Assembly: GCF_001194135.2 (NCBI RefSeq)
Contig: NC_068981.1
Coordinates: forward strand, 197,942,863-197,987,870
DNA: 45,008 nucleotides
From: Octopus bimaculoides
Lineage: Eukaryota
Reading direction: 5' to 3'
Shown piece by piece: positions 25,996 through 36,488 of the stretch (positions are counted from its first letter, which is position 1; every line of letters begins with the position of its first letter). A program made the translations under genes and the position numbers. A model generated the notes under the pieces. It saw only the letters and a program-made list of their open reading frames with translations. It made no database searches and was not told where the DNA came from.

Positions 25996-26344
25996 AAGCT
26001 TTATCTCCTTACTTTCTCACCTCCATTAACTGAATGATGAAGAGTCAATCGAAACGATGACTTGTTCTCTTTTACTCGTTTCAGCCATGCGGTTGCGGTC
26101 ATGCTGGAGCACCATATTAATTCTTAATACATTCCAACAGATTCAAACACAAGTTTGCTAATTGCTTCTGGTTGACAACACTCAACAATGTTCAAACATT
26201 GGCTGTCCCAGAATCCCTTGTGCCAATGAGTGGAATGTGTCATAAAGGAGAAGCTGTTCTCCTGTGACGAAACGCAACAGCGATTAGCATATTCACGCTT
26301 GAATGTGTTGGATTGTTTTAAGATGGAATTTGCAAGTCATTGTA

Positions 26345-26580
26345 ACTAAATTTCTTTATTGTCCCCAGGGGGCTAAACATAGAGGGGACAAACAAGGACA
26401 GACAAAGGGATTAAGTCGATTACATCGACCCCAGTGCATAACTGGTACTTATTTAATCAACCCCGAAAGGATGAAAGGTAAAGTCGACCTCGGTGGAATT
26501 TGAACTCAGAATGTAACGGCAGACATAATACTGCTAAGCATTTCACCCGGCGTGCTAACGATTCTGCCAGCTCGCTGCCC
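26345..26580 (-). mobile_element. SINE family B, near full length
   Basis: Minus strand reads GCGAGCTGGCAGAATCGTTAGCACGCCGGG...GAGTTCAAATTCCACCGAGGTCGAC...; A/B boxes present and many CpGs retained. Confidence 0.9.
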
Positions 26581-27499
26581 TGTCATAGTTAAATATTAAT
26601 AAAACTAGAAAACTCACCTGCCTTTTAAGTCTTTTATTAACATCATTACAAGACTTTGAATGTAAAAGTTACATTAGAATATGAATGATGGCAGAGAGAT
26701 TCCAGTTGGAACTGTCTAATCTACCAGCATTAAAGATGTAATTACACACAGTAACAGAAGTTTTAATTGTAGAGAAAATTAATTGAATCTCATACAATTT
26801 AGTTGCTTTAATGTGTAATTGAGGTAAGACTTTGAGAAAAAAGAGAACAGAGACACACAGACACTCTTTGTTTAGTACAAGTGTTGTGCTACTAAAGTTT
26901 GGATTGGTTCCTTTTTACTTGTTTCATCTGTGGCCATGCTGGGGCACTTGAAAACTCTGCTTCATAATGTCAAGGGTTGCTATTTTAAGGAAATCCTGTT
27001 ACAATTTTATTTGAGAAAAACGTAATTATTTAAAGTACTAAATACTACTCAAAAAGATCCATACCCGACAGCAGAAGCATTAAGGCCCCACATCCCCTGA
27101 TGAAGAGGAATGACCCACAAGAATCCTGAGCCAGTGCCACATAAAAGCACCCAGCACACACTATAAAGTGGTGGCATGTTAGGAAGGGCATCCAACCTTA
27201 GAAACCATGCCACTCAACAACTGGTGTTGGTGCGTTTCTGTCCCCATAACTTAGCGGTTTGGCAAAAGAGCCTGATAGAATAAGTGCAGGCTTAAAAAAA
27301 ATTGCTACTGGAGTCCATTCATTTGGCTAAAAATTCTTCATGGTGATGCTCCTACATGGCCACAGTTTAATGACTGAAATTAAAGACATTTAAAAAAGGG
27401 ATGCCGATCCATTGCTGGGTTACCTTTCCAGCCATCGTAGGGTTGTCACCCACTTGCAGGTGAGTAGACTGATGCAATAGCAAATGGAGTGTCTTGCTC

Positions 27500-27645
27500 A
27501 AGAACAAAAAGTCGATTACATCGACTGTGAATGGATGAAAGGCAAAGTCGACCTCGGCTGGATTTGAACTCAGAACGTAGCGGCTGACGAAATACCGCTA
27601 AGCATTTCGCCCAGCACGCTAACAATTCTGCCAGCTCACTGCCTT
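27500..27645 (-). mobile_element. SINE family B, internally deleted
   Basis: GGCAAAGTCGACCTCGGCTGGATTTGAACTCAGAACG...CTGCCAGCTC on +. Confidence 0.85.
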
Positions 27646-27963
27646 ATATAATGATGATTCCATATTTTTTTTTTTTTTACATTGAGGTAGTTCATTGCTT
27701 GCTACTCCTAGCAACAACGTTAATATGCTGACAATTTCGCTTGCTAATAAAACATATTGGCAGAGAGCCCATCACAGGGCGAGCTGTTTCGTTTGTTTTG
27801 TTTCTCATGTTGTAAACATCCACACCTAAAAGTGTTTGGCTTGCTGCTGCTGCTGCTCTAGTTCTCTGTTCATGCATCTACCACTACCACTGGCTTCGTT
27901 CTTCTTACTATATTAATGTAATTTTCAACAGGGTTTTAGGCTAGTCAGCTGTCTTATGTATAC

Positions 27964-28022
<59 letters not shown>

Positions 28023-28048
28023 GCTAGGTGTACGAATGTGTGTGTATG

Positions 28049-28090
<42 letters not shown>

Positions 28091-28227
28091 ATGATGATTT
28101 GTTAACTGTGGCTTAGACAAAAGCAGTATTTCATATATAGCAACTACTGATAGATTTCATGAAAGATAGCAATGATNNNNNNNNNNNNNNNNNNNNNNNN
28201 NNNNNNNNNNNNNNNNNNNNNNNNNNN

Positions 28228-28266
<39 letters not shown>

Positions 28267-28344
28267 AGTTATTGAGAGTCTAGTTTCCAAACCCTGTCCA
28301 TTATATAATAAACCAGTCGGAGCTAATGTTTCATCGTATTCATC

Positions 28345-28820
28345 TGGGATTCTCTCTCTCTTCGCCCCCTCCCTCTATCACACTCACTCTTTCTCTTATC
28401 TCTCACACTATCTCACTCAATCTCTCTGTCTTCTCTTTCTCACTCAATCTCTCTGTCTTCTCTTTCTCATCTCTCTCTCTGTCTTCTCTTTCTCATCTCT
28501 CTCTCTGTCTTCTCTTTCTCATCTCTCTCTCTCTAACCTTTCTATCTCACTCATTCTTTCTCTTATCTCTCACACTATCTCACTCTCTCTGTCTTCTCTC
28601 TCTCTCTCTGTCTTCTCTCTCTCTCTCTGTCTTCTCTCTCTCTCTCTCTCTGTCTTTTCTCTCTCTCTCTCTCTCTGTCTTCTCTCTCTCTCTAACCTTT
28701 CTATCTCACTCATTCTTTCTCTTATCTCTCACACTATCTCAATCTCTGTGTCTTCTCTCTCTCTCTCACTATCTCTCCCTCTCTCTCTCTCTCCATCTCC
28801 CTCCCCCCTCTCTCTCTGCC
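28345..28820. repeat. Complex CT-rich minisatellite / polypyrimidine tract
   Basis: Repeated TCTCTCTGTCTTCTCTTTCTCA-like units; a longer block (CTCTAACCTTTCTATCTCACTCATTCTTTCTCTTATCTCTCACACTATCTCA) occurs at ~28531 and ~28690. Confidence 0.9.
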
Positions 28821-29569
28821 ATATTTAAACGTGTCATTCTATAGCATTGATGCCTGCATCAAAGAGATTGTCATGTGATGTTTATCACAGATCAACCAAA
28901 ATGTTTGAATCAGTAAAAACCTCTTTACCTCCCACCCACACCATTCCAAGCATTCAGTAAAAACTCAACAAACAGATATTCACATTTCTGAAAGTCTTCT
29001 GTTGCTGTAATTCTTCATGTTTACTCAAACTAATTGATGAAATAATGAAATCTCTCTCTAACCCTATTGAACTATAAACACTTCAACTGATTTCAACTGA
29101 ATCGATTGACTTTTTTTTCAATCTAATCTTGCCAACGGTGCTAAAATGCTATTTGGAATTTATTGATAGGAAATCGTTGAAAGCAGTTATTATTGTATTC
29201 TGGTTTATTTGAAAGAAATCCCAGAATTACTTGAACTGATCCACCTTTTGATGACATTTCAAAAGCCAAAAGAATGGCCAGGAAATAAAGCCCCCACCCC
29301 ACCCCCACCTTCCACCTTTAATTATTGAATCAACAAGCATTTATCATGTTTATTATGGCTTAAAAATAAATCACTTAAAAGCATTTTTAACAATATGGCT
29401 TCCAATAATTTCTTTTCACTATTTCAATGGGTTTTTTTTTAAAGTAACTTTTGTTGCCAAATATTTAATATATAGGATAACGGTAAAGATATGCCATTGT
29501 ACCTTGTTGCCTGTACACCATGTAGAATATTGTCATTTAACAGGATATATATATATATATATATAAAGT

Positions 29570-29960
29570 ATTGAAAAGAAATTGGAGGTGTTTCAAAATA
29601 AATGGTTACGAAAAATTTTGAAGGTCTACTGGCTGAATATGATTTCGAATAATGAACTACACACCATGGCTAATGTGAAACCAGTAAGAGCAACTATTGA
29701 AGCAAGGAGATGGAAATGGCTGGGTCAAGTTTGTTGCTATAAACCGAACTCAATCGTCAGGATTGTTTGGCAATGGGTTCCATAAAATAAAAGACGTGGT
29801 TGACCAAAGGAAACATGGCGGAGAACAATAACAAAAGATCTTAAAAGCAGAAGGGTTAACAATGGAATAAGCTGTCAAGGATGCTTTCGGTGTTAGAAGG
29901 TGGGATGATCTTGCTGTTACCCCAAGTGCCACAAGGCACAATGAGAACTGAAGGAATGAA
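29570..29960 (+). mobile_element. LINE ORF2 C-terminal remnant (RTE-like)
   Basis: LEVFQNKWLRKILKVYW...SNNELH...RRWKWLGQV...KRRG*PKETWRRT motif series. Confidence 0.75.
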
Positions 29961-30802
29961 TATATATATATAAAGCCAGAATATCAAAGTTTCAGCCAAT
30001 CACTGGACACTGTTGGGTAAAAATCTTCTTTGGGTTTGAGTGGAGTAGTAATTAGATTTTAGAGTGGGTTGTTATGGAGAGGTGTTTTGTAGAAATGTTT
30101 ATAAATGAAATTATGTTATCACTTAGAATTTGTTCATGTATGTAGAACTTTGTAAGCAAGTGTGTATATTAAGGTGTGTAGTAGTTTTAGTCATTTTTTA
30201 GTTTGAATGGATCTATTCTTTTGTTTTGACAGTATATAGTATAAAGTCCAACTTTTTTGTCATGGAGATTTTTAGGGGTTCACAAAAGGAAGTAAGTAGG
30301 TGACATGTGTTAGTTGATCAGTTTCTTCACTTGTTGTTTTACATATATCCTTTAATTTCATTTATGGGAAATGGTTTGAATATGCATTTAAAAGCTGCTG
30401 TCCTATTATGCCAGCTACAGCCTAATGATGACAACTGGCTGTACCAATTTTCTGGGGTTGCACCGAGCTGTGTCGGTATAATGTAGGATAAACATAGTAA
30501 TAATAATCCTTGGATGGAATTTATAAATATTCTAATGCATCGCTGCGCGCATTTCCACAAATCACATTTCTTAAATCACATCATAGTCTGAATGTGGAAA
30601 TGTGCATAGTGGTGCAGTAAGACATTTATTAATTCCATCCAAGGATTATTATTACCATCATCACCATTGTTTAACATCCGCCTCCCATGCTGGCATGGGT
30701 GGGATGGTTTCACAAGAGCCAGCCAGGCGGAAGCCTGCACCAGACCTCTATGAATGTTTTGGTGGGATTTTTACGGCTGGATGCCCTTCCTTACACCAAC
30801 CA

Positions 30803-30836
<34 letters not shown>

Positions 30837-30839
<3 letters not shown>

Positions 30840-30950
30840 ACTCCAAATGACCTGTCCGTGTTTTCTTTGTATCGTCTATCTGTATGTTTTGTCCCTTTCT
30901 TGTATCACCTAACTGTCTGGATGTTTTGCGTTCTTGCCCCATTCAGTATT
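30837..30950 (-). repeat. Dispersed repeat family G (second copy inverted at 35720-35803)
   Basis: Reverse complement CAAGAACGCAAAACATCCAGACAGTTAGGTGATACAAGAAAGGGACAA is identical to 35735-35782. Confidence 0.9.
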
Positions 30951-30961
30951 ATTCACGCACG

Positions 30962-30996
<35 letters not shown>

Positions 30997-32090
30997 ATAT
31001 ACCTATCTGTAAAATTGTTCTGAAACCATTGATGAAAGGTGTGAAAAAAGTAAAAGTAGAAACCTTCAAAAACTGGTAAATCATAGAAAAGAAGGTTCCA
31101 AGACATTTTGTAAATGAAGGGGNNNNNNNNNNNNNNNNNNNNNNNNNNNNNNNNNNNNNNNNNNNNNNNNNNNNNNNNNNNNNNNNNNNNNNNNNNNNNN
31201 TGGTGAGAAGGGGAAAAAGTTTTTTGAGACAACACAATCATTTAACATCCATGTTCCCTGCTGACATGGGTTAAACAGTTTGACAGGGTCCAATGGTCCC
31301 AGGACTGCAGCCTGTTTGAGTTTCTGTTTTTGCATGGTTTCTATACTTGGATGCTGTTCCTAATACCAACTGTTCTACAGTGTCTCTTGGGTGCTTTTTC
31401 CCATGGTAGCACCAGCCCTAGTGAGTTCACCATTTTTGCTCACAAGACTATGAACTTCAAGTAGCTTTATGCTGGGAGATGAAGGGCTAAAGTATGAGAG
31501 AAGAGGCCAGAGCAGAACTGGTTTCTTGTAAAAATACTCACATTCTAGAGGAGAGGGTGGGAGGGCTTGGGTGGAGTCCCAACTTACAAGATATAATAAA
31601 AAACAAAAGAAAGAAAATTAATTATTTTAATGGGTCTGTACCTACAGGTATGGACTAGCTCTGTGATCTTGTTCCCCCCTTTCTGTACCGTGTAACCACC
31701 CCAAGTATGAATCTGGACATTGAAGTAGCAAAAACTATTTACAATTGTTGGTGTCCATCACTCACACACAGAATCCTGATTCTCTGTGACAAATCCATCT
31801 TTTATGTAGATATTACTTGCGAAGCCAAAACAATATTGGTTTCCAATTTTAGCACAAGGCCAGAAATTTCGGGGGAGGGGTGGGGTTTAGTCGATTACAT
31901 CAACCCCAGTACCGGAATTTGAACTCAGGACATAAAGTTGGAAGAAATGGTGGTAAGCATTTTGTCCAGCATGGAAATGATTCTGGTCAGCTCAGCAAAC
32001 AGATACATAATCTTAATTAAACTTGTTAAAAATGTAAGATTAGTAACCCTAAAGCAAGACATTTTGTTTCCCACCATGACAAACAAACCT

Positions 32091-32240
32091 TAAAATCTTC
32101 CACCAAACTTAAGTCACAATTTATGTTCCTAACAAGAGCTAAACGACAACCAAGTTATTTTACTAAATTCTTTGTTGTATTTAAAGGAACTGAAGGAAAC
32201 ACAGAGCATCTCAACAGAAATCCGGGAACGAAAGGGTTAA
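32091..32240 (+). mobile_element. 5'-truncated piggyBac-type MITE (same family as 36267-36488)
   Basis: TAAAATCTTCCACCAAAC...GAAAGGG|TTAA aligns to the right two-thirds of the complete copy. Confidence 0.85.
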
Positions 32241-32650
32241 GCTTGTTAAAAATGTAGGATTAGTAAACCTAAAGCAAGACATTCCACTTCTCACCACAAC
32301 AAACAAACCTCTCCAAACTCCTCAGCTTCACGACACAATGGTGGCCACCACCACCAACGACATACATAGAGATCAGAAGTTCATTATTTCTGGCAGATGT
32401 GTTGTGGTGAGTCCCTGTGCAGAAGAATACTGTATTGTACAATTGCTGGCAGGAGATGAAGAATGGTCGTACCAGATCTAGAAACATTACTTCTATAAAA
32501 GACTAACTTCCCATCCAGGGACATTGATCTCTCATTGCTTTAACACTGTTGTGGTACTGGCCTCGAACACTTCTGCTGCTATCTTCAGAGAGTTACTGAG
32601 TGGAATTACTAAGGTTAACTATCGCAACTGTTTACAGAAGCATGTAGCTA

Positions 32651-32767
32651 TATTTACATCATTTACATTTGATGGATATTTGCCCTCATCTTGTTTGTTG
32701 TTAACACAACATTTTGGCTGATATACCCTCCAGCTTTCATCAGGTGTCTTGGGGAAAGGTATTTTTC

Positions 32768-32798
<31 letters not shown>

Positions 32799-32890
32799 TC
32801 ATTATTATTATTATTGTTGTCCCTGCTTGGAATCGAACTTGGAATCTTGGGGTTAGTAGCCCGTGTTCTTAACTACTACGCCATATGCCC
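32651..32890 (-). mobile_element. tRNA-headed SINE family F, left arm of the palindrome
   Basis: Minus strand GGGCATATGGCGTAGTAGTTAAG...AAGTTCGATTCC..., then the hammerhead-like tail; ~30-bp internal deletion relative to the right arm. Confidence 0.9.
32703..32748 (-). ncRNA. Degenerate minimal type-I hammerhead ribozyme motif (left arm)
   Basis: Minus strand GACAC-CTGATGA-A-AGCTG-GAGGGTATAT-CAGCC-AAAA-TGTT-GTGTT. Stem I and CUGAUGA intact; GAAA mutated to AAAA. Probably inactive as it stands. Confidence 0.65.
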
Positions 32891-32892
32891 AT

Positions 32893-33160
32893 GGGCATAT
32901 GGCGTAGTGGTTAAGAGTGCGGACTACTAAGCCCCAAGATCCCGAGTTCGATTCCAGGCAGGGACCTGAATAATAATAACATCATCAAAAAATATCTTAG
33001 GAATGAGAAGCCAGGTTCAAAATTTCCCCCAAGAAACCTAATGAAGGTTGGAGGGTGTAATCAGCTGAAATGTTGTGTTAACAACAAACAAAATGAGGAC
33101 AGATATCCATCAAATGTAAATAATGTACATAATTCCTCATCTCTTAAGTATAGAACTGTA
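32893..33160 (+). mobile_element. tRNA-headed SINE family F, right arm of the palindrome
   Basis: A-box TGGCGTAGTGG (32900-32910), B-box GAGTTCGATTCC (32944-32955), (AAT)n linker, hammerhead-like tail. Confidence 0.9.
33033..33079 (+). ncRNA. Degenerate minimal type-I hammerhead ribozyme motif (right arm)
   Basis: GAAAC-CTAATGA-A-GGTTG-GAGGGTGTAAT-CAGCT-GAAA-TGTT-GTGTT. GAAA intact and stem II pairs with G-U; core G5 mutated. Probably inactive as it stands. Confidence 0.65.
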
Positions 33161-33296
33161 ATGGCTATATTTACTTAACACACTAACCTCCTCCTCTCCC
33201 TCTCTTTATGTATGTGTTTGTTCCTCCCCCTCTCTATCCCTCTTCCTCTTGTTCTCTNNNNNNNNNNTATCAGGCCTCGTGCTTACAATAGTAAGG

Positions 33297-33328
<32 letters not shown>

Positions 33329-33500
33329 GGCAGTGATCTGGCAGAATCATTAACACACCTCACGAAATGCTTAGCGCTATTTCATCTGTCTTCTAAATTC
33401 TGAGTTCAAATTCCACCAATGTCGACTTTGCCTTTCGTCCTTTTGGGGTCAATGTAATTGACTTAATCCCCTCCCCTAAGCTGCCCTTGTGGTAAAAATC
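33329..33500 (+). mobile_element. SINE family B
   Basis: GGCAGTGATCTGGCAGAATCATTAAC...GAGTTCAAATTCCACCAATGTCGACTTTGCC. Confidence 0.8.
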
Positions 33501-34019
33501 TGAAATCATTTCCATCATCATCATCATCATCGTTATTATTATTAGCCCTTGTGGCCAATAAAACGAATTAATTATTATTATTATTATTATTACTATTACA
33601 TAAAATACCGATTTCTCTTTACGTGTTGATTCTGGAAAGAATGAACTGCCATATTTTCCCATTGCATTGGCAGGTTTTTTTTTTTTTTTTCCCTGTGGAA
33701 AGCTTTAAACCTCCTCCTTATAAACTATCAAACAATGAAAACGTACCATCTGATGATGGTACCTATTTACAGCTAGGTGGACTTGGTTATTCATACTGGA
33801 ATGTGTTTGTAGGGAGTGGGGTACTTCAGCAGTGGTGGTGGTAGTGAAATATGAAAATATTGACTCTACATCTTTCTAGTAATTCTTGTGTATGTGAGGG
33901 CTGGGTAACTATGGTGTGTGTGGTGGGTGTCTTGCTATCTGTGTGTTCATGTATGTCTGTGTTTATGGTGTGTTCATGTATGTGCAGTGCATGTTGTCTG
34001 TAATTGTGTGTGTGTGTTT

Positions 34020-34410
34020 ATTCTTTTACTTGTTTCAGTCATTTGACTGTGGCCATGCTGGAGCACCACCTTTAGTCAAACAAATCAATCCCCAGGACTT
34101 ATTCTTTGGAAGCCTAGTACTTATTCTATCGGTCTCTTTTGCTGAACCGCTAAATTACAGGGACATAAGCACACCAACATTGGTTGTCAAGCAATGGTGG
34201 TGGTGGTGGTGGGGGGCATAAACACAGATACACAAATACACACTCACAACAGGCTTCTTTCAGTTTCCATCTACCAAATCCACTCACAAGGCTGTGGTCA
34301 ACTCGAGACTATAGTAGAAGACACTTGCCCAAGGTGCCACACAGTGAGACTGAACCTGAAACCATGTGGTCAGGAAGCAAGCTTCTTACCACACAGCCAT
34401 GCCTGCGACT
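34020..34410 (-). mobile_element. SINE family A, near full length, minus strand
   Basis: TTGTTTCAGTCATTTGACTGTGGCCATGCTGGAGCACC (tail) through CACTTGCCCAAGGTGCCAC...CTTACCACACAGCC (head) on +. Confidence 0.9.
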
Positions 34411-35281
34411 AAAAGTTTAGAGAAAGGAAGTCCTCTATCAGTAGAAGTTGTCTGTAATGCCAAGGTCCGCTACAAATGCTGGGTCTGGGGACAGACTAAA
34501 GCCAAGGCTAACCTCAAGGACTGCTTCAAACAGTACAAATATTGTGCATTGTTCTATCATTTGTGTGTCCAAATCAGTGTGAATTGAGGGGGTGTTTCAC
34601 TGATATTTCTAGCATATCAAGTACAGCAGCAATCTACCAACTTGGTCACACAGCAATGCTCCCTCATGTCATCTTTCTCTCTCTTCATCTCTCCCTCTCT
34701 CTGTCTTCCTCTTTCTCTCTGTCTCCCTCTTTCTCTCTCCCTCTCCCCTCCTCTCTCTCTCTGGAGATTGAAATATCAGAAACAAGGAAGAAAGTGATTA
34801 ATTATTCCAACACTAGAGTGTTCTTAATTGCATAAATCTTTGCATGGGGTGGGGTGGGGGGCTGTCTTTTTTTTTCTTAATGAAGTGGAAAACTACATAG
34901 ATAGGATGCTTGTCCATTCCTCATAGTTCCCCCCCCCAATCACCAAGAAGCTGTTACGCAATCACATAAACTACAATAGAAACGATAATGGATTCCTTGT
35001 TTATCTGTGGTAACGTTTTGGTTGGGTGAGTTTCATTTCTGAATCGAGATGTCTATAGAACAGGTGTGGTGCTTCAAGTATAATGTCAGTGGCCAAACAC
35101 TTTTAGTATGAATGGAGAACATACCACTGCTGCTCTGATTGGGACTGCGAAGTTACATTAAAATCAGCTGCTTTTTTTTTTTTTTTTGTTAAATTCGTGA
35201 TTTAAGTAAATAATTGGGTCGGTGATATCACCTGATGTGTTAGTATAGTGACATACCTGGATGGCTGAATGTCTGTAGTAT

Positions 35282-35387
35282 ATCCTAGTATAACACCTGG
35301 ATGACTTAATGTCAGTAATGTATCGGTAGGTATTATATTACTGTATATACTACTAGCGTTGAGTCATTCAGGTGTTTATACTAGGAT
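35282..35387 (+). other. 106-nt fold-back inverted repeat (hairpin)
   Basis: Hand pairing on + gives 39 Watson-Crick pairs, 7 G-U pairs, 2 mismatches, 2 single-nt bulges and an 8-nt loop (35330-35337). Confidence 0.9.
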
Positions 35388-35447
35388 CTTCAGTACTATT
35401 GACTTAATGAGTTGTCGTCTCTAATCTCAACTGCAATATTCCTCTAG

Positions 35448-35611
35448 GCACAGGAGTGGCTGTGTGGTAAGAAGCTTACTTCCTAACCACATGGTTCCGG
35501 GTTCAGTCCCACTGTGTGGTACCTTAGGCAAGTATTTTCTACTATAACCTCAGGCCAACCAAAGCCTTGTGAGTGGATTTGGTAGACAGAAACTGAAAGA
35601 AGCCTGTCGTG

Positions 35612-35612
<1 letters not shown>
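35448..35612 (+). mobile_element. SINE family A head
   Basis: GGAGTGGCTGTGTGGTAAG...GGGTTCAGTCCC...ACCTTAGGCAAGT, followed by (TA)n and a gap. A matching tail half lies at ~36075-36245. Confidence 0.9.
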
Positions 35613-35654
<42 letters not shown>

Positions 35655-36266
35655 NNNNNNNNNNCAACCCATGCTAGCATGGAAAGCGGACGTTAAACGA
35701 TGATGATGATGATGATGATAATACAAAATGGGACAAGAACGCAAAACATCCAGACAGTTAGGTGATACAAGAAAGGGACAACAAAACATTCAGATAGATG
35801 ATAAGAAGAAGAAAATGGAGAGGTAATCAATAAAATTATTTATTTATTATAAAATATGACAACATTTCTGACAGTTGTTTCAATTCAGAAATCTTTTGAT
35901 AATTAATTTATAAAATTAAGATCATTATAAGATGAATCTCTTCAGAGTTAGTAAAGACATACCAATTAGAAATACATATTGAGATAACAGCTATAAACTG
36001 TAAACTGATAGCATCTACACAAAACGAGCCAGTGATAGAAGGCCTCAATCCAACATCGGGAGATTACATATATGTATGTACGTATTTGTGTGTCTGTATT
36101 TGTCCTCCCACCATCACTTGACGACCGATGTTGGCATGTTTACATCCCAGTAACTTAGCGGTTCGGCAAAAGAGACTGATAGAATAAATACTAGGCTTAC
36201 AAAAAATAAGTCCTGGAGTCGATTTGTTCGACTAAAGGCGGTGCTTATTTCTTTGTTTCTCTTTAA

Positions 36267-36488
36267 CCCTTTCATTACCAACCTGGCTGAAACTGGTTCT
36301 GGCTCTGTAGTACAAATGTCTTGTTTTCATAAGTTTTGAATTAAAATCTTCCACCAAACCTTAATCATGATTTATGTTCTTAACACTAGTTTAATGATAA
36401 CGAAGTTATTTTACTAAGTTCTTTGTTATGTTTAAAATTAATTGAAAGAAACACAGAACATCTCAAAATAAATACAGTATTGAAAGGG
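36267..36488. mobile_element. Complete 222-bp piggyBac-type MITE
   Basis: TTAA target-site duplication at 36263-36266 and 36489-36492; 12-bp terminal inverted repeats CCCTTTCA(T/A)TAC with one mismatch; no ORF. Confidence 0.9.

Noticed and set aside
26612-26655. Perfect minus-strand donor CAG|GTGAGT with a 36-nt open frame
   Set aside because: Isolated; no other exons support an antisense gene.
27097-27125. CTGATGAAGAGG... as a third hammerhead
   Set aside because: Lacks a closing stem II and GAAA.
32893-32965. tRNA gene call for SINE heads (also 1518, 17197, 26580, 42458)
   Set aside because: A/B boxes are present, but acceptor and anticodon stems do not close and each continues into a repeat body; these are SINE heads.
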